DNA from: an uncultured Gammaproteobacteria bacterium
GTDB lineage: Bacteria > Pseudomonadota > Gammaproteobacteria > Cardiobacteriales > CAKMZF01
DNA length: 54,848 nucleotides
Direction of reading: 5' to 3'
NCBI GenBank assembly: GCA_929200405.1
Contig: CAKMZF010000002.1
Coordinates: 1-54,848 of the forward strand
In this document: positions 11,316-21,560 of the stretch, piece after piece
How positions within the stretch are numbered: the first letter of the stretch is position 1
How the letters are laid out: every line of letters begins with the position of its first letter
Notes under the pieces: model-generated
What the model was told of the DNA's origin: nothing
The model's database searches: none
What the model saw: the letters and a program-made list of their open reading frames with translations, nothing else
Program-made: the position numbers and the translations under genes

Positions 11316-11959
11316 AGAGTGACTCCATATTCACTTTGATATCGCTCAATGGCCTCTCTCCATTGCACTAATGATGAATCTGAGGAAACATAGGTAAGAA
11401 TATCTGCCAAGGTAATGATGGCATGCACAGCTATACCACGCTCAGATGCTAACTCCTGTATTGCAGAAAGCTCGCCCTGCCCGCGCTCTTGCCTATCTAA
11501 TGCCACCAAGACTGCGGAGAGCTCTCCACCTTCCGCTGATATTAAATCAATCGACTCTCTAATTGCGGTACCAGCGGTAATAACATCATCCACCACCACC
11601 ACATTGCCACGCAATGCAGCACCAACAATCTGCCCACCTTCTCCATGCGATTTGACTTCTTTGCGATTAAATGAGTATGGTAAATTTAACTGATGATCCA
11701 CAGCCAAAAACGTTGCCATCGTCGCTACTAACGGTATACCTTTATAAGCAGGCCCAAATACAGTATCCGCCGAAAGTCCTTTAACCACATAGGCATCTGC
11801 GTATATACGCCCCAACTTAGCAAGCAGCTCGCCGGTGTTAAACATACCGAAGTTAAAAAAGTACGGACTGACACGTCCTGATTTAAGAGTAAACTCACCG
11901 AATTTCAACGCTCCCGCTTCTAGGGATAGCGCAATCATGGCTTTCTGATATGCTTGCAT
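11312..11959 (-). CDS. pyrE: Orotate phosphoribosyltransferase
   Basis: 215 aa with [16 protein letters not shown] and the PRPP-binding [13 protein letters not shown] motif. Confidence 0.93.
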   Translation of the reverse strand: MQAYQKAMIALSLEAGALKFGEFTLKSGRVSPYFFNFGMFNTGELLAKLGRIYADAYVVKGLSADTVFGPAYKGIPLVATMATFLAVDHQLNLPYSFNRKEVKSHGEGGQIVGAALRGNVVVVDDVITAGTAIRESIDLISAEGGELSAVLVALDRQERGQGELSAIQELASERGIAVHAIITLADILTYVSSDSSLVQWREAIERYQSEYGVTL

Positions 11960-11998
11960 TATTTCACCGACATAAAGATAAAAGATAAGGACTTAATC

Positions 11999-12766
11999 AT
12001 GCGGATTATATCATTCAATGCGAACGGCATCAGGGCATCAGCCAAAAAAGGTTTCTATGATTGGCTAAAAACTGTAGATGCCGATGTTGTCTGCATCCAA
12101 GAAACCAAAGCGCAAACCCATCAGTTAGCAGAAAATCCAGCACTCTTCTTCCCAGAAGGCTACAACTGTCAATATCATGATGCCGTAAAAAAAGGCTACT
12201 CTGGCGTCGGTATATACACCAAAAAGCCCGCAGAAATTTCCGCAGGCTTAGGCTGGGAGCCTTTTGATAATGAAGGCCGATGGATTCAAGCCGACTTTGG
12301 CGATCTCGTTGTGGTCTCGATGTATTTTCCCTCTGGTACTTCTGGTGAAGAAAGGCAGAGCTTTAAATATCAATGCATGGACTACCTCATGCCCAAGCTT
12401 GAAGAGTTTAAGGCAAGCGGCAAAGAATACATTATCTGTGGTGACTGGAATATTGCCCACAACAATATCGATATCAAAAACTGGAAAGGCAATAAAAAGA
12501 ACTCTGGTTTTTTACCAGAAGAGCGCGCTTGGCTTACTACTCTATTCGAGGAAAAAGGCTGGGTAGATGTATTTAGAACGCTAAATCAAGAAGAAGATCA
12601 ATTTACTTGGTGGTCTCAACGTGGCCAAGCAAGAGCCAAAAATGTCGGATGGCGCATAGACTATCACATTGCCACCCCAGGCATTGCCGCAAAAGCAAAG
12701 GCTGAGTTTATATATACCGATGAAAAACTATCTGACCATGCACCGCTGATAATTGACTACCAATAA
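11999..12766 (+). CDS. xthA: Exodeoxyribonuclease III
   Basis: MRIISFNANGIRA start preceded by AAGGA. The ExoIII/AP endonuclease motifs CIQETK and LSDHAP are present. I chose the ATG at 11999 over the upstream track start. Confidence 0.9.
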   Translation: MRIISFNANGIRASAKKGFYDWLKTVDADVVCIQETKAQTHQLAENPALFFPEGYNCQYHDAVKKGYSGVGIYTKKPAEISAGLGWEPFDNEGRWIQADFGDLVVVSMYFPSGTSGEERQSFKYQCMDYLMPKLEEFKASGKEYIICGDWNIAHNNIDIKNWKGNKKNSGFLPEERAWLTTLFEEKGWVDVFRTLNQEEDQFTWWSQRGQARAKNVGWRIDYHIATPGIAAKAKAEFIYTDEKLSDHAPLIIDYQ

Positions 12767-12770
12767 CTCA

Positions 12771-13766
12771 CTAAACAATAGCTGAAATAATAACTCTATT
12801 GGGGGCGGGATGACCTTCAATAGTTAGTTGAGAGTTTTCTTTATCTAGAAAATCCTCTAGCGATAAATCCCCGTGAATCCATGCGGTTTTTCTTTGTTCA
12901 TGCTTAGTGGTTTGAGTAACATCCAATACGCGAATATGTTTAAATTTCAATCTTTCTAGCCATACCAAGAGCGCATCAATACTCGGTATGAACCACACAT
13001 TGCGCATGGCAGCGTATCTGTCTTGTGGTACTAATATTGTCTGCGCATCGCCCTCAACAATTAGCGTTTCTAGTATCAATTCACCGCCTGACTTCAACGA
13101 GGCCTTAAGCTCTTGCAAGTGAGCAATCGGATCTCTACGATGATATAACACGCCCATTGAAAACACTGTATCAAAACTGGCGGGTAAATTTAACGATTCC
13201 ATCGCCAATGGTTGAACCCAAACAGGCACCTCAGGAAAGCATTGTTTGAATACTTGAAACTGATAGACAAATAACCAAGTCGGATCTATACCCAATACAG
13301 AAGCAGCACCTGCACCAAACATCCGTAGACTATGATAGCCTGATCCACAACCTACATCTAAGACGTTTTTTCCTTGCAAATCAACCTTATTAACCAAGCG
13401 ATCCCATTTCATATCGCTACGCCACTCGGTATCAATATCTATCCCGCAATATTGCCAAGGCCCTTTGCGCCATGGCATAAACTCTTGCAACAGATCAATA
13501 ATTTGCTCTTCGGATGCCGCATCACAATCAGCAGCATTGGCTGCACAAACTACTGACTTTGTAGTCTGCATCATTGTAGGTAAAGGTAATTTTCGCAGCT
13601 GAGATAATGCTGATTGCCATTTTTGTAAGTGGCCATGATTTGCTGTTTCCCATATCTGCTGTAACAGCTCTGACATTTGCGTAGCTGTTTTTGGACTTAA
13701 TTCACGAAACCATTGCTCGAGTGCTGTGAAATCATCCGGCAATGGATTGAGATTAGCAGCTGTCAT
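12771..13766 (-). CDS. cmoB: tRNA U34 carboxymethyltransferase
   Basis: 331 aa with the methyltransferase fold motif VLDVGCGSGYH. It is paired with cmoA immediately upstream. Confidence 0.9.
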   Translation of the reverse strand: MTAANLNPLPDDFTALEQWFRELSPKTATQMSELLQQIWETANHGHLQKWQSALSQLRKLPLPTMMQTTKSVVCAANAADCDAASEEQIIDLLQEFMPWRKGPWQYCGIDIDTEWRSDMKWDRLVNKVDLQGKNVLDVGCGSGYHSLRMFGAGAASVLGIDPTWLFVYQFQVFKQCFPEVPVWVQPLAMESLNLPASFDTVFSMGVLYHRRDPIAHLQELKASLKSGGELILETLIVEGDAQTILVPQDRYAAMRNVWFIPSIDALLVWLERLKFKHIRVLDVTQTTKHEQRKTAWIHGDLSLEDFLDKENSQLTIEGHPAPNRVIISAIV

Positions 13767-13811
13767 AAGGATAATTATCTGACTTAGTCTAGTAAATCGC
13801 TATAGTGCGAC

Positions 13812-14570
13812 TTACTCTTTAACCATAAACCAACTGGCAAAGTTTAAACGCTGCTGCCAAAGAGAAACCGTTTTAAAACCAGCCTCAGAAAAGCGCTGCT
13901 CATGCTGATCTTTTGTCTCAGGAATCAGTACGTTTTCCAATGCCTGACGCTTTTGACTAACCTCTAATTCCGAATAGCCTTGATCTTGCTTAAATTGATG
14001 ATAAGTATCCGCAATCAGATTTTGGTGCTGTGGATTATCAAAGGCAATTTTCTCAGATAATATAAAAATGCCATTGGGCGCTAGACTTTGATATATTTTA
14101 TCAATCAGCGCCTTTCTTTGCTCCAATGGAATAAACTGCAAGGTGAAATTCATTATCACCACATCTGCACTAAAACCAAGTTCTAATGGGTTATAGTTCT
14201 GAAGATCTTCCTCAACCCAACCAACATAGTTTCTACCTGACGGCCATAATTCCGCGGCTTGCGCTAACATAGCAGCGGAGTTATCCACTCCGATCAAATT
14301 CACCGGCAATCCTGTCAACCTGCTTGATAAAATTTGCAGCATAGCGCCGAGTGAGCAGCCCATATCTATAATCTTTGGCGGCTCTGCATAATGATGACTG
14401 GCAACATGCACTTGCAATAATCGAGAAATATCTTCCAAGAGGCTCAAGTAACCCGGAACAGAGCGCTTAATCATATCTGCAAAAACTTCTGCTACACTAT
14501 CATCAAAAGCAAAAGGCTGTACATTTTCTAACTCACCCGAGTAAAGGTGATCTTTTTTTTGATCGCTCAT
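13812..14570 (-). CDS. cmoA: Carboxy-S-adenosyl-L-methionine synthase
   Basis: FDDSVAEVFADMIKRSVPGY is close to the N-terminal region of E. coli CmoA as I remember it. I chose the ATG (MSDQKK) at 14570 over the TTG track start at 14606. Confidence 0.88.
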   Translation of the reverse strand: MSDQKKDHLYSGELENVQPFAFDDSVAEVFADMIKRSVPGYLSLLEDISRLLQVHVASHHYAEPPKIIDMGCSLGAMLQILSSRLTGLPVNLIGVDNSAAMLAQAAELWPSGRNYVGWVEEDLQNYNPLELGFSADVVIMNFTLQFIPLEQRKALIDKIYQSLAPNGIFILSEKIAFDNPQHQNLIADTYHQFKQDQGYSELEVSQKRQALENVLIPETKDQHEQRFSEAGFKTVSLWQQRLNFASWFMVKE

Positions 14571-14628
14571 AATTTTGCCTATCTTCTTATCTATCTTTTT
14601 GGTCAATCATTAAATGGATGAGTTGTAC

Positions 14629-15732
14629 TTAGACGTTAAAACGGAAATGCATAACATCGCCTTCTTTGACCAAATATTCTTTGCCTTCTAAACGCCACTT
14701 ACCAGCATCTTTGGCACCGCTCTCTCCCTTACAATTAATAAAATCCTCATAAGCAACAACCTCGGCGCGGATAAAGCCACGCTCAAAATCTGTATGAATA
14801 ACACCAGCGGCATTCGGAGCGGTAGCATTTTGCTTTACAGTCCAAGCTCTAACCTCTTTGACTCCTGCTGTGAAGTAGGTCATTAACCCCAACAAGCCAT
14901 AACCTGAACGAATCACGCGATTCAAACCTGGTTCGTCCAAACCATAATCTGATAAAAACTCAGCGATATCCTCTGCATTGTCTAATGCTGCAATTTCAGC
15001 TTCCACCGAGGCGCAGATAGCAACAATAGAGGCACCTTCTTTTTCCGCAAGTGCTTTCACTTTTTGATAATTGCCATTTTTCTCAGGCTCTGTCATCTCC
15101 GTTTCCAGAACATTAGCAACATACATCACTGGTTTCTGGGTTAGCAAATGGAACTCTTTAATGCGCAATAGCTCATCAGCATCCAAATCCAATGACCTCA
15201 CTGGGTCACCAGCATCTAAATGTGCCTGCACTTTTTCCAAGACTGCCTTAAGCGCCAGAGCATCTTTATCTCCTGACTTTCCGGCTTTTGCAGAGCGCTG
15301 TATCGCCTTTTCAATGCTAGCCATATCTGCCAGTGCTAACTCCGTATTGATAATCTCAATATCAGATAGCGGATCAATACGGCCAGCAACGTGGGTAATA
15401 TCTTCGTCCTCAAAGCAACGCACGACATGGGCGATTGCATCGGTTTCGCGAATATTGCCTAGAAATTTATTGCCCAGACCTTCGCCTTTAGAAGCCCCCT
15501 CAACCAAGCCCGCAATATCAACGAACTCAATGGTTGTCGACAAAATACGCTCTGGATTCACAATTTCAGCCAGCGCCGTCAGTCTAAGATCTGGTACTTC
15601 TACAATGCCGACATTGGGATCTATAGTGCAAAAAGGATAATTCTCTGCTTGAATACCAGCTTTGGTTAAGGCGTTAAATAAAGTAGATTTTCCCACATTC
15701 GGTAAGCCCACGATGCCACATTTAAAACCCAT
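14629..15732 (-). CDS. ychF: Redox-regulated ribosome-binding ATPase YchF
   Basis: 367 aa with the P-loop GLPNVGKST and a C-terminal TGS-like domain. It sits in the conserved pth-ychF arrangement. Confidence 0.95.
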   Translation of the reverse strand: MGFKCGIVGLPNVGKSTLFNALTKAGIQAENYPFCTIDPNVGIVEVPDLRLTALAEIVNPERILSTTIEFVDIAGLVEGASKGEGLGNKFLGNIRETDAIAHVVRCFEDEDITHVAGRIDPLSDIEIINTELALADMASIEKAIQRSAKAGKSGDKDALALKAVLEKVQAHLDAGDPVRSLDLDADELLRIKEFHLLTQKPVMYVANVLETEMTEPEKNGNYQKVKALAEKEGASIVAICASVEAEIAALDNAEDIAEFLSDYGLDEPGLNRVIRSGYGLLGLMTYFTAGVKEVRAWTVKQNATAPNAAGVIHTDFERGFIRAEVVAYEDFINCKGESGAKDAGKWRLEGKEYLVKEGDVMHFRFNV

Positions 15733-15744
15733 TTGTCTATTCCT

Positions 15745-16323
15745 TTATTTTACCGGTCTAAAATTATGTAAAATTCTTTTTGCTGCATCCCAGTCCTGCT
15801 GATACATAGATGGAAATGCATAAACAGCCTCATCAATAGCTGCCATTATATCTTGTTTATCTCTAGGAGATGGATTACCAAGCACGTAAGGCGTTACTAG
15901 ATTTTTATCTCCGGGATGATCAATTCCAATCCTCAATCTATGATAGTTTTTGCCATACAGGCCATCAATACTTTTAAGACCGTTATGACCGGAATGACTG
16001 CCGCCCTGCTTGAGCTTAACACTTCCAACGGGAATACTCATCTCATCATGGGCAATTAATATATTCTCTGGAGGAATCTTATAAAAGTTTGCCAATGGTG
16101 CAATAGACTTACCGCTGACATTCATAAAAGTCATAGGCTTAACTAGCCACAACTTGTGACCATCCAAAACCGCCTGTGCCATTGTACAATGATACTTAGA
16201 CTGGACTTGCAACCGCACGCCTAGACGATCTGCCAAAGCATCAATAAACCAAAACCCGGCATTGTGCCGGGTTTTGTCATACTGGCCACCAGGGTTACCT
16301 AGGCCAGCTATTATCTGCAACAT
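15745..16323 (-). CDS. pth: Peptidyl-tRNA hydrolase
   Basis: The GLGNPG...TRHNAGF signature is present. The ATG at 16323 has AGGTG 6 nt upstream; the track's GTG start lies 9 nt further up. Confidence 0.93.
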   Translation of the reverse strand: MLQIIAGLGNPGGQYDKTRHNAGFWFIDALADRLGVRLQVQSKYHCTMAQAVLDGHKLWLVKPMTFMNVSGKSIAPLANFYKIPPENILIAHDEMSIPVGSVKLKQGGSHSGHNGLKSIDGLYGKNYHRLRIGIDHPGDKNLVTPYVLGNPSPRDKQDIMAAIDEAVYAFPSMYQQDWDAAKRILHNFRPVK

Positions 16324-16356
16324 GTCGCTCACCTGAATTAGATGAGAAAGCGCGAA

Positions 16357-17010
16357 TTACTCGGCGCTTTCTTCTTCCTCATCACCTGGTTGTGCTGGTG
16401 CTTCTGGCGCTTCAGTTGGCTCTTCTGCTTTCACATGAGCTGCCTGAACGTTAACCACCATGATGTCACTATTCTCATCTTCATGCTGAAGTGCAACAAT
16501 AGACAAACCATCAGCTAAATTCAGCTCACTTAAGTGAAGGCTATCGCCAATCTTAAGCGGTGTTAAATCAACATCAATGCTTTCAGGAAGTGCACTTGGG
16601 CGACATTCGATCTCAACTTCAGAAGCAAGTCTATGTATCTCACCACCCTCAAGCTTAACGCCTTCACATTGCTCTTCATTAATAAAGTTCAATGGCACTG
16701 TAAACTTCATGGTCTGGCCACGAACAATACGCTGGAAATCCATATGTGCGATTAGCTCTTTATAAGCATGACGTTGAATGTCTTTAACGATAACTTCTTG
16801 ACTAGCACCATCTACTGAAAGATTAATAATTGTCGAGTAGAACGCATCTGACTTCATGATTTTAGCAAGATCTGACTGAGAAAGCGTAATGCTCTCTGGT
16901 GCAGGCTCACCACCGTATACCACTGCTGGTACTAACCCCTCACGACGTAGGCGGCGGCTCGCACCTTTCCCTGTGTCCTGACGAGACTTTGCGTTTAAGA
17001 TGAAATCCAT
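16357..17010 (-). CDS. rplY: 50S ribosomal protein L25 / general stress protein Ctc (long form)
   Basis: 217 aa with the RRLRREG.VPAVVYG motif, an acidic C-terminal tail and an AAGGAG SD. Confidence 0.93.
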   Translation of the reverse strand: MDFILNAKSRQDTGKGASRRLRREGLVPAVVYGGEPAPESITLSQSDLAKIMKSDAFYSTIINLSVDGASQEVIVKDIQRHAYKELIAHMDFQRIVRGQTMKFTVPLNFINEEQCEGVKLEGGEIHRLASEVEIECRPSALPESIDVDLTPLKIGDSLHLSELNLADGLSIVALQHEDENSDIMVVNVQAAHVKAEEPTEAPEAPAQPGDEEEESAE

Positions 17011-17083
17011 CTTTGGCTCCTTAATGTAAAGCTTGTATTTGCAAGCATGTAAACAGCATGACTGCGACCATCATGCTAAAAAA

Positions 17084-18034
17084 TCAATTGAAGAGATAAC
17101 TAATCGACTCTTCGTTATGTATCCGACGAATAGTTTCTGCAAATAAAGGTGCTATAGATAATTGGCGAACTTTACCCATATTGAAGAACTTCTCACCCAC
17201 TGGAATAGTGTCTGCAACAACCAGCTCATCTAAGCTACTGGCTCGTAAATTGTTTTCAGCTTTTCCTGATAGCACCGGATGTGTACAATAAGCAAAAACT
17301 GACTTAGCGCCTTTTTCTTTCAAGGCATCTGCCGCCTTGCAAAGAGTGCCCGCCGTATCTGCCATATCATCAACCAATATGCAGTTTTTGCCTTCAACTT
17401 CACCAATGATATGCATAACCTCAGAAACATTCGCTTTTGGGCGGCGCTTATCAATAATCGCCATTGAAGAGCCTTCGATACGCTTAGTGAACGCTCTAGC
17501 ACGCACTACCCCGCCAACATCTGGCGATACCATGCAGATATCATCTAAATTACGTGCAGCAATATCGTCCAAGAAAACACGCGAAGAATAGATATTATCC
17601 AATGGCACATCAAAGAAACCTTGAATCTGATCGGCATGTAAATCCATAGTCAAAACACGATGCACACCTGCAACTGACAGCATATTAGCTATTACCTTAG
17701 CCGAAATAGGCACACGCGCTGAGCTAGGTCTTCTGTCTTGACGCTGATAACCAAAATAAGGAATAACTGCCGTAATCCGAACTGCTGATGAGCGCATTAA
17801 TGCATCACATAACAACATGAGTTCCATTAAATTATCGTTAGTCGGGGCGCAGGTCGGTTGCACCACAAAGACATCATGACCACGTACATTATCTCGAATT
17901 TCTACTTGGGTCTCCCCATCACTAAACTTATCAACATAACAGTTACCAAGTGACATAGAGAGGTTATTAGCGATTGATTTTGCTAACGGTTGGTTAGCTT
18001 GACCGGAGAAAATCTTCATGTTGCTATTTTTCAC
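17084..18034 (-). CDS. prs: Ribose-phosphate pyrophosphokinase
   Basis: 316 aa with the PRPP synthase motifs [10 protein letters not shown] and [12 protein letters not shown]. The GTG start has AGAGGA 5 nt upstream. Confidence 0.94.
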   Translation of the reverse strand: MKNSNMKIFSGQANQPLAKSIANNLSMSLGNCYVDKFSDGETQVEIRDNVRGHDVFVVQPTCAPTNDNLMELMLLCDALMRSSAVRITAVIPYFGYQRQDRRPSSARVPISAKVIANMLSVAGVHRVLTMDLHADQIQGFFDVPLDNIYSSRVFLDDIAARNLDDICMVSPDVGGVVRARAFTKRIEGSSMAIIDKRRPKANVSEVMHIIGEVEGKNCILVDDMADTAGTLCKAADALKEKGAKSVFAYCTHPVLSGKAENNLRASSLDELVVADTIPVGEKFFNMGKVRQLSIAPLFAETIRRIHNEESISYLFN

Positions 18035-18112
18035 AACAGTCCTCTGACATGTAGAGTTTATAGTGCTATAGCTCGCTGACTACTCAGCAGCTATGTCATA
18101 GAGGGTTTGGAA

Positions 18113-18187
18113 TGGCAGGGGTAGCAGGGATCGAACCTGCGAATGACGGGATCAAAACCCGGTGCCTTACCGCTTGGCTATACCCCT
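18113..18187 (-). tRNA. tRNA-Gln (anticodon UUG)
   Basis: The reverse complement reads AGGGGTATAGCCAAGCGGTAAGGCACCGGGTTTTGATCCCGTCATTCGCAGGTTCGATCCCTGCTACCCCTGCCA. The acceptor stem is AGGGGTA/TACCCCT, the anticodon loop is TTTTGAT (TTG), a GGTTCGATCC T-arm is present and CCA is encoded. The position between ispE and prs is typical. Confidence 0.9.
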
Positions 18188-18339
18188 ATTCCAAATTCTG
18201 TTTTCAAATAAATGCGCTAATCAGCTAATGCTTTTTGACGCTCCAATCAAACAGAGCGCGCATCATACCGTTAGCCGAATAGTGTTTCAAGCCCTTCTGC
18301 TAAATTTAATCTAACTTTTAGAGTAAAAATTTGATTTTT

Positions 18340-19248
18340 TTAATGAAAATTTTCTGCCAACTGTTGATGCAACCGCGAAATGCCTTGCGTTGATGTGATC
18401 TGGCTGCCATAGCCTTTTTGCGAGAGCTCTGATATCACCTCCGCTAACTGAACCTCTGTCTCCTTGAGTGCTAGCTTTACAAAAAAAGTACTGCCCGAAC
18501 CGCTCATTCTAATATTGCCAATATCAGCGGTAATCTCAAACAACTCTGTTAGTTCAGGGTGTTGTTTTAAAACCACGGCCTCCATATCATTGTGCCAACT
18601 CGCTATTTTCGCTGTCAAATCCATACTAGGCCAGTCGCTAATCTTTGCAGTATCACGGCGTAAATCAGGATCTGCATAGACAGAGATAGTGGGTACAGAT
18701 AATGGTGGAAATATCAACAATACCGGTTCATCTGCCAGCTGTGAAACTGGCGTTATTTTCTCACCAACCCCTTCCACCCAAGCCGCTTGACCCTGAATAA
18801 AGAATGGTACATCTGCGCCTAATTGCAATCCTATTTCTAATAATTCACGTTGTGATAATCCAACACTCCAGAGTTTATTGAGCACCATTAGAACAGTAGC
18901 GGCATCACTGCTCCCACCCCCTAGTCCCCCGCCGACTGGAATATTCTTCTGCAAAAAAATATCCGCTCCTACATCTGTGATTTTATCACTAGCAGCAGTT
19001 ACTCTTACCTTCAATAACTCAGCAGCTTTTAGGCAGAGGTTATCTGCGGTCACTAAATCAGCTGCACTGGCATCAAAAGTGATCTGATCTGAGGCATTAC
19101 TGCGGATTATCAACTCATCTGCTATGTCTAAAAAAACAAATACCGATTGTAAGAGATGATAGCCATCATCCCGTTGTCCCACAATATGAAGAAAGCGATT
19201 AATCTTCGCTGGCGCTAGCCATTTTACGGCAGACAAATTTTGCATCAT
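18340..19248 (-). CDS. ispE: 4-diphosphocytidyl-2-C-methyl-D-erythritol kinase
   Basis: 302 aa with the APAKINRFLHIVG start region and the GHMP kinase loop PVGGGLGGGSSDAA. Confidence 0.93.
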   Translation of the reverse strand: MMQNLSAVKWLAPAKINRFLHIVGQRDDGYHLLQSVFVFLDIADELIIRSNASDQITFDASAADLVTADNLCLKAAELLKVRVTAASDKITDVGADIFLQKNIPVGGGLGGGSSDAATVLMVLNKLWSVGLSQRELLEIGLQLGADVPFFIQGQAAWVEGVGEKITPVSQLADEPVLLIFPPLSVPTISVYADPDLRRDTAKISDWPSMDLTAKIASWHNDMEAVVLKQHPELTELFEITADIGNIRMSGSGSTFFVKLALKETEVQLAEVISELSQKGYGSQITSTQGISRLHQQLAENFH

Positions 19249-19272
19249 CTCTACTAAAAGTTTGTTGTAATG

Positions 19273-19917
19273 TTACAGTCCCCATTGACGGATAATGATA
19301 GTGAGCTGATTTGTACCCTGCTTGGCTATAATTTTTCCGGGCAAAACATAGCCGCCGTTATTTGCATAGTTTTCAAATTGCAGCTCCCAACCAGCTTGAC
19401 TGAATGCCTGATAGTAACCTGCGGCATGCTGTGTCGTATTCGTCGGCACAGAAGTCTTTGCAGGTAATCCTCTAATCCAATAATGCAAATTAGCAAATGG
19501 GATTGGCACGCCTTCCACCTTTTGCTCTAATTCCTGCAAATTAGTAGTCGAAATTTCTTGATCGTTACTGACCAGCTTCACACCAGACGTGCTACCTGAC
19601 AACCGAATAGTTGCCAAGCCTAATGGCGCAACAATATCTATATTATATCCTGCTGGCCGTTGCTTCCATTTCAAAGAGGCTGAACCATTCTGTACGACAG
19701 ATTTCATACCTATTTTTCCGTTAATATCCCAAGCATCAAGATTTTCAGCAGACTTGCTAGTTGAAATTGGCGTGGAGACCATTGTCGCGTTTGGAGCTGT
19801 GCAGGCACTAAGCAAAAGCAACATCAACAAAGACGACAAAACCTTAAGACCGCCAAGTCGGCATTGATCTCGCAAGGACAAGACTGTCAATAAATTAAAA
19901 AAATGCATCGTTTTCAT
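19273..19917 (-). CDS. lolB: Outer-membrane lipoprotein LolB
   Basis: 214 aa with the lipobox LLSAC. It sits in the conserved position upstream of ispE and divergent from hemA. The exact start is uncertain. Confidence 0.8.
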   Translation of the reverse strand: MKTMHFFNLLTVLSLRDQCRLGGLKVLSSLLMLLLLSACTAPNATMVSTPISTSKSAENLDAWDINGKIGMKSVVQNGSASLKWKQRPAGYNIDIVAPLGLATIRLSGSTSGVKLVSNDQEISTTNLQELEQKVEGVPIPFANLHYWIRGLPAKTSVPTNTTQHAAGYYQAFSQAGWELQFENYANNGGYVLPGKIIAKQGTNQLTIIIRQWGL

Positions 19918-20228
19918 AGTAGTTCCTTTTTACAATAGAGTAACAAAGTCATTCCTTAACGACCAGAAAAATTCCTCGTATCTTCTGCCATTCATCAGAA
20001 CCACAAGGCAGAACACCCTAAAACCAAATGATTACTTAATAAATGATGATTAAATCATTATCGACGCATCCTAAAAAGGCAAAACGTCGTTATCAACCCT
20101 GTGGGCTTTGAAGAATAGCTTTCAGATTTTTCATAGTTATTTACCGACGTTACAGCTGTGAAACTTGCTATAGCAGGAGTAATCAGGGAAAATATAGCCA
20201 ACCTATACCACGAGATAATCTATCCCCC

Positions 20229-21488
20229 ATGTCAGCTTTATTGACAGTAGGACTGAATCACGATTCGGCACCAATTTCATTACGCGAGAAAGTAGCTTTT
20301 GACCCTCAACAGCTACCTAATGCTCTGCGCCTCATTCGTAGTGATGTCGGCATCAAAGAGGCTGCCATTCTCTCTACCTGTAACCGCACTGAGCTTTACC
20401 TAAGTGCCAATCCGGATTCATTAGATCAAATCACCCATTGGCTAAGTGATTATCACCAACTAAATCACAGTCAATTAGCAGGTCATATTTATCATCATCC
20501 AGATGCTGAAGCAGTCCGTCATATGATGCGTGTCGCCGCTGGTTTAGACTCAATGATGCTTGGCGAACCACAAATTTTAGGACAGGTAAAAGATGCTTAC
20601 CATCAGGCATCAGATGCTGGCACTGTCGGCAAAACCTTATCTCGACTTTTTCAGAAAACATTTTCAGTCGCCAAGTCAGTTCGCACAGAAACCGATATTG
20701 GCAAAAATGCCATCTCCGTTGCCTATGCTGCGGTTAGTCTAACCAAGCAAGTCTTTGGTCAACTCAATGAATACCGAGCATTGCTCATTGGTGCTGGCGA
20801 AACCATAGAGCTTGTGGCAAGGCATTTATCTAACCAAAAAATCGGTAATATTACCGTTGCCAACCGCACTATTGATCGTGCGCATAGCATTGCAGAACCT
20901 TTAGGCGGCTCCGCTATCTCATTATCAGCGATCGAGCATCAACTAGAAAATGCCGATATTATTATCTCCTCCACCGCTGCACCAGACACTATCATCAGCA
21001 AGGAAATGGTTAGATCCGCATTAACTAGGCGCAAACACCGCCCCATGCTATTTATAGATTTAGCCGTCCCAAGAGATATAGAGTCTGAAATTACCGATCT
21101 TAGCGATACCTTTCTGTACGCTGTTGATGATCTCAAAGCGATTATTGATGAGAATGTAAAATCCAGACAATCAGCAGCAGCTATTGCAGAAACCATTATT
21201 GATGCCCATGTTGAAGATTTTATTGATTGGCTCAAGCAACAGGCACATAGCAACCAGATACAAGAGCTTAGACAGACTGCCGACCAAATCACCCAGCAAC
21301 TAATCACCAAAGCACAACAGCAAGTACACAACGGTGAAGATGCACAGCAAGTAATCGAACGTCTTGGGCACAGTCTAAGCCAACAACTAATGCATGGCCC
21401 CACTCGCTTTATTAAAGAAGCAATTAAAGATCAAGATAAAGACAGTATTACTCGCCTACTCAACAGCTATCATAAAAATTCACATTAG
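20229..21488 (+). CDS. hemA: Glutamyl-tRNA reductase
   Basis: 419 aa with the catalytic-Cys region ILSTCNRTELY and the NADPH-binding LIGAGETIEL motif. Confidence 0.94.
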   Translation: MSALLTVGLNHDSAPISLREKVAFDPQQLPNALRLIRSDVGIKEAAILSTCNRTELYLSANPDSLDQITHWLSDYHQLNHSQLAGHIYHHPDAEAVRHMMRVAAGLDSMMLGEPQILGQVKDAYHQASDAGTVGKTLSRLFQKTFSVAKSVRTETDIGKNAISVAYAAVSLTKQVFGQLNEYRALLIGAGETIELVARHLSNQKIGNITVANRTIDRAHSIAEPLGGSAISLSAIEHQLENADIIISSTAAPDTIISKEMVRSALTRRKHRPMLFIDLAVPRDIESEITDLSDTFLYAVDDLKAIIDENVKSRQSAAAIAETIIDAHVEDFIDWLKQQAHSNQIQELRQTADQITQQLITKAQQQVHNGEDAQQVIERLGHSLSQQLMHGPTRFIKEAIKDQDKDSITRLLNSYHKNSH

Positions 21489-21560
21489 CTATACTTACAT
21501 TTTTAGTCACCAGCATTACTGCTGGCAATCTCTTTTGCCTTCTTCTAAACGAAAAAAAAT

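Noticed and set aside
15071-15640. 189-aa ORF on the plus strand.
   Set aside because: It lies entirely antisense to the strongly supported ychF gene. It has the Ser/Ala/Cys/Thr-rich low-complexity translation typical of shadow ORFs and no SD.
20939-21403. 154-aa Cys/Ser-rich ORF on the minus strand.
   Set aside because: It is antisense within hemA, with an implausible composition (many Cys and Ser). It is a shadow ORF.
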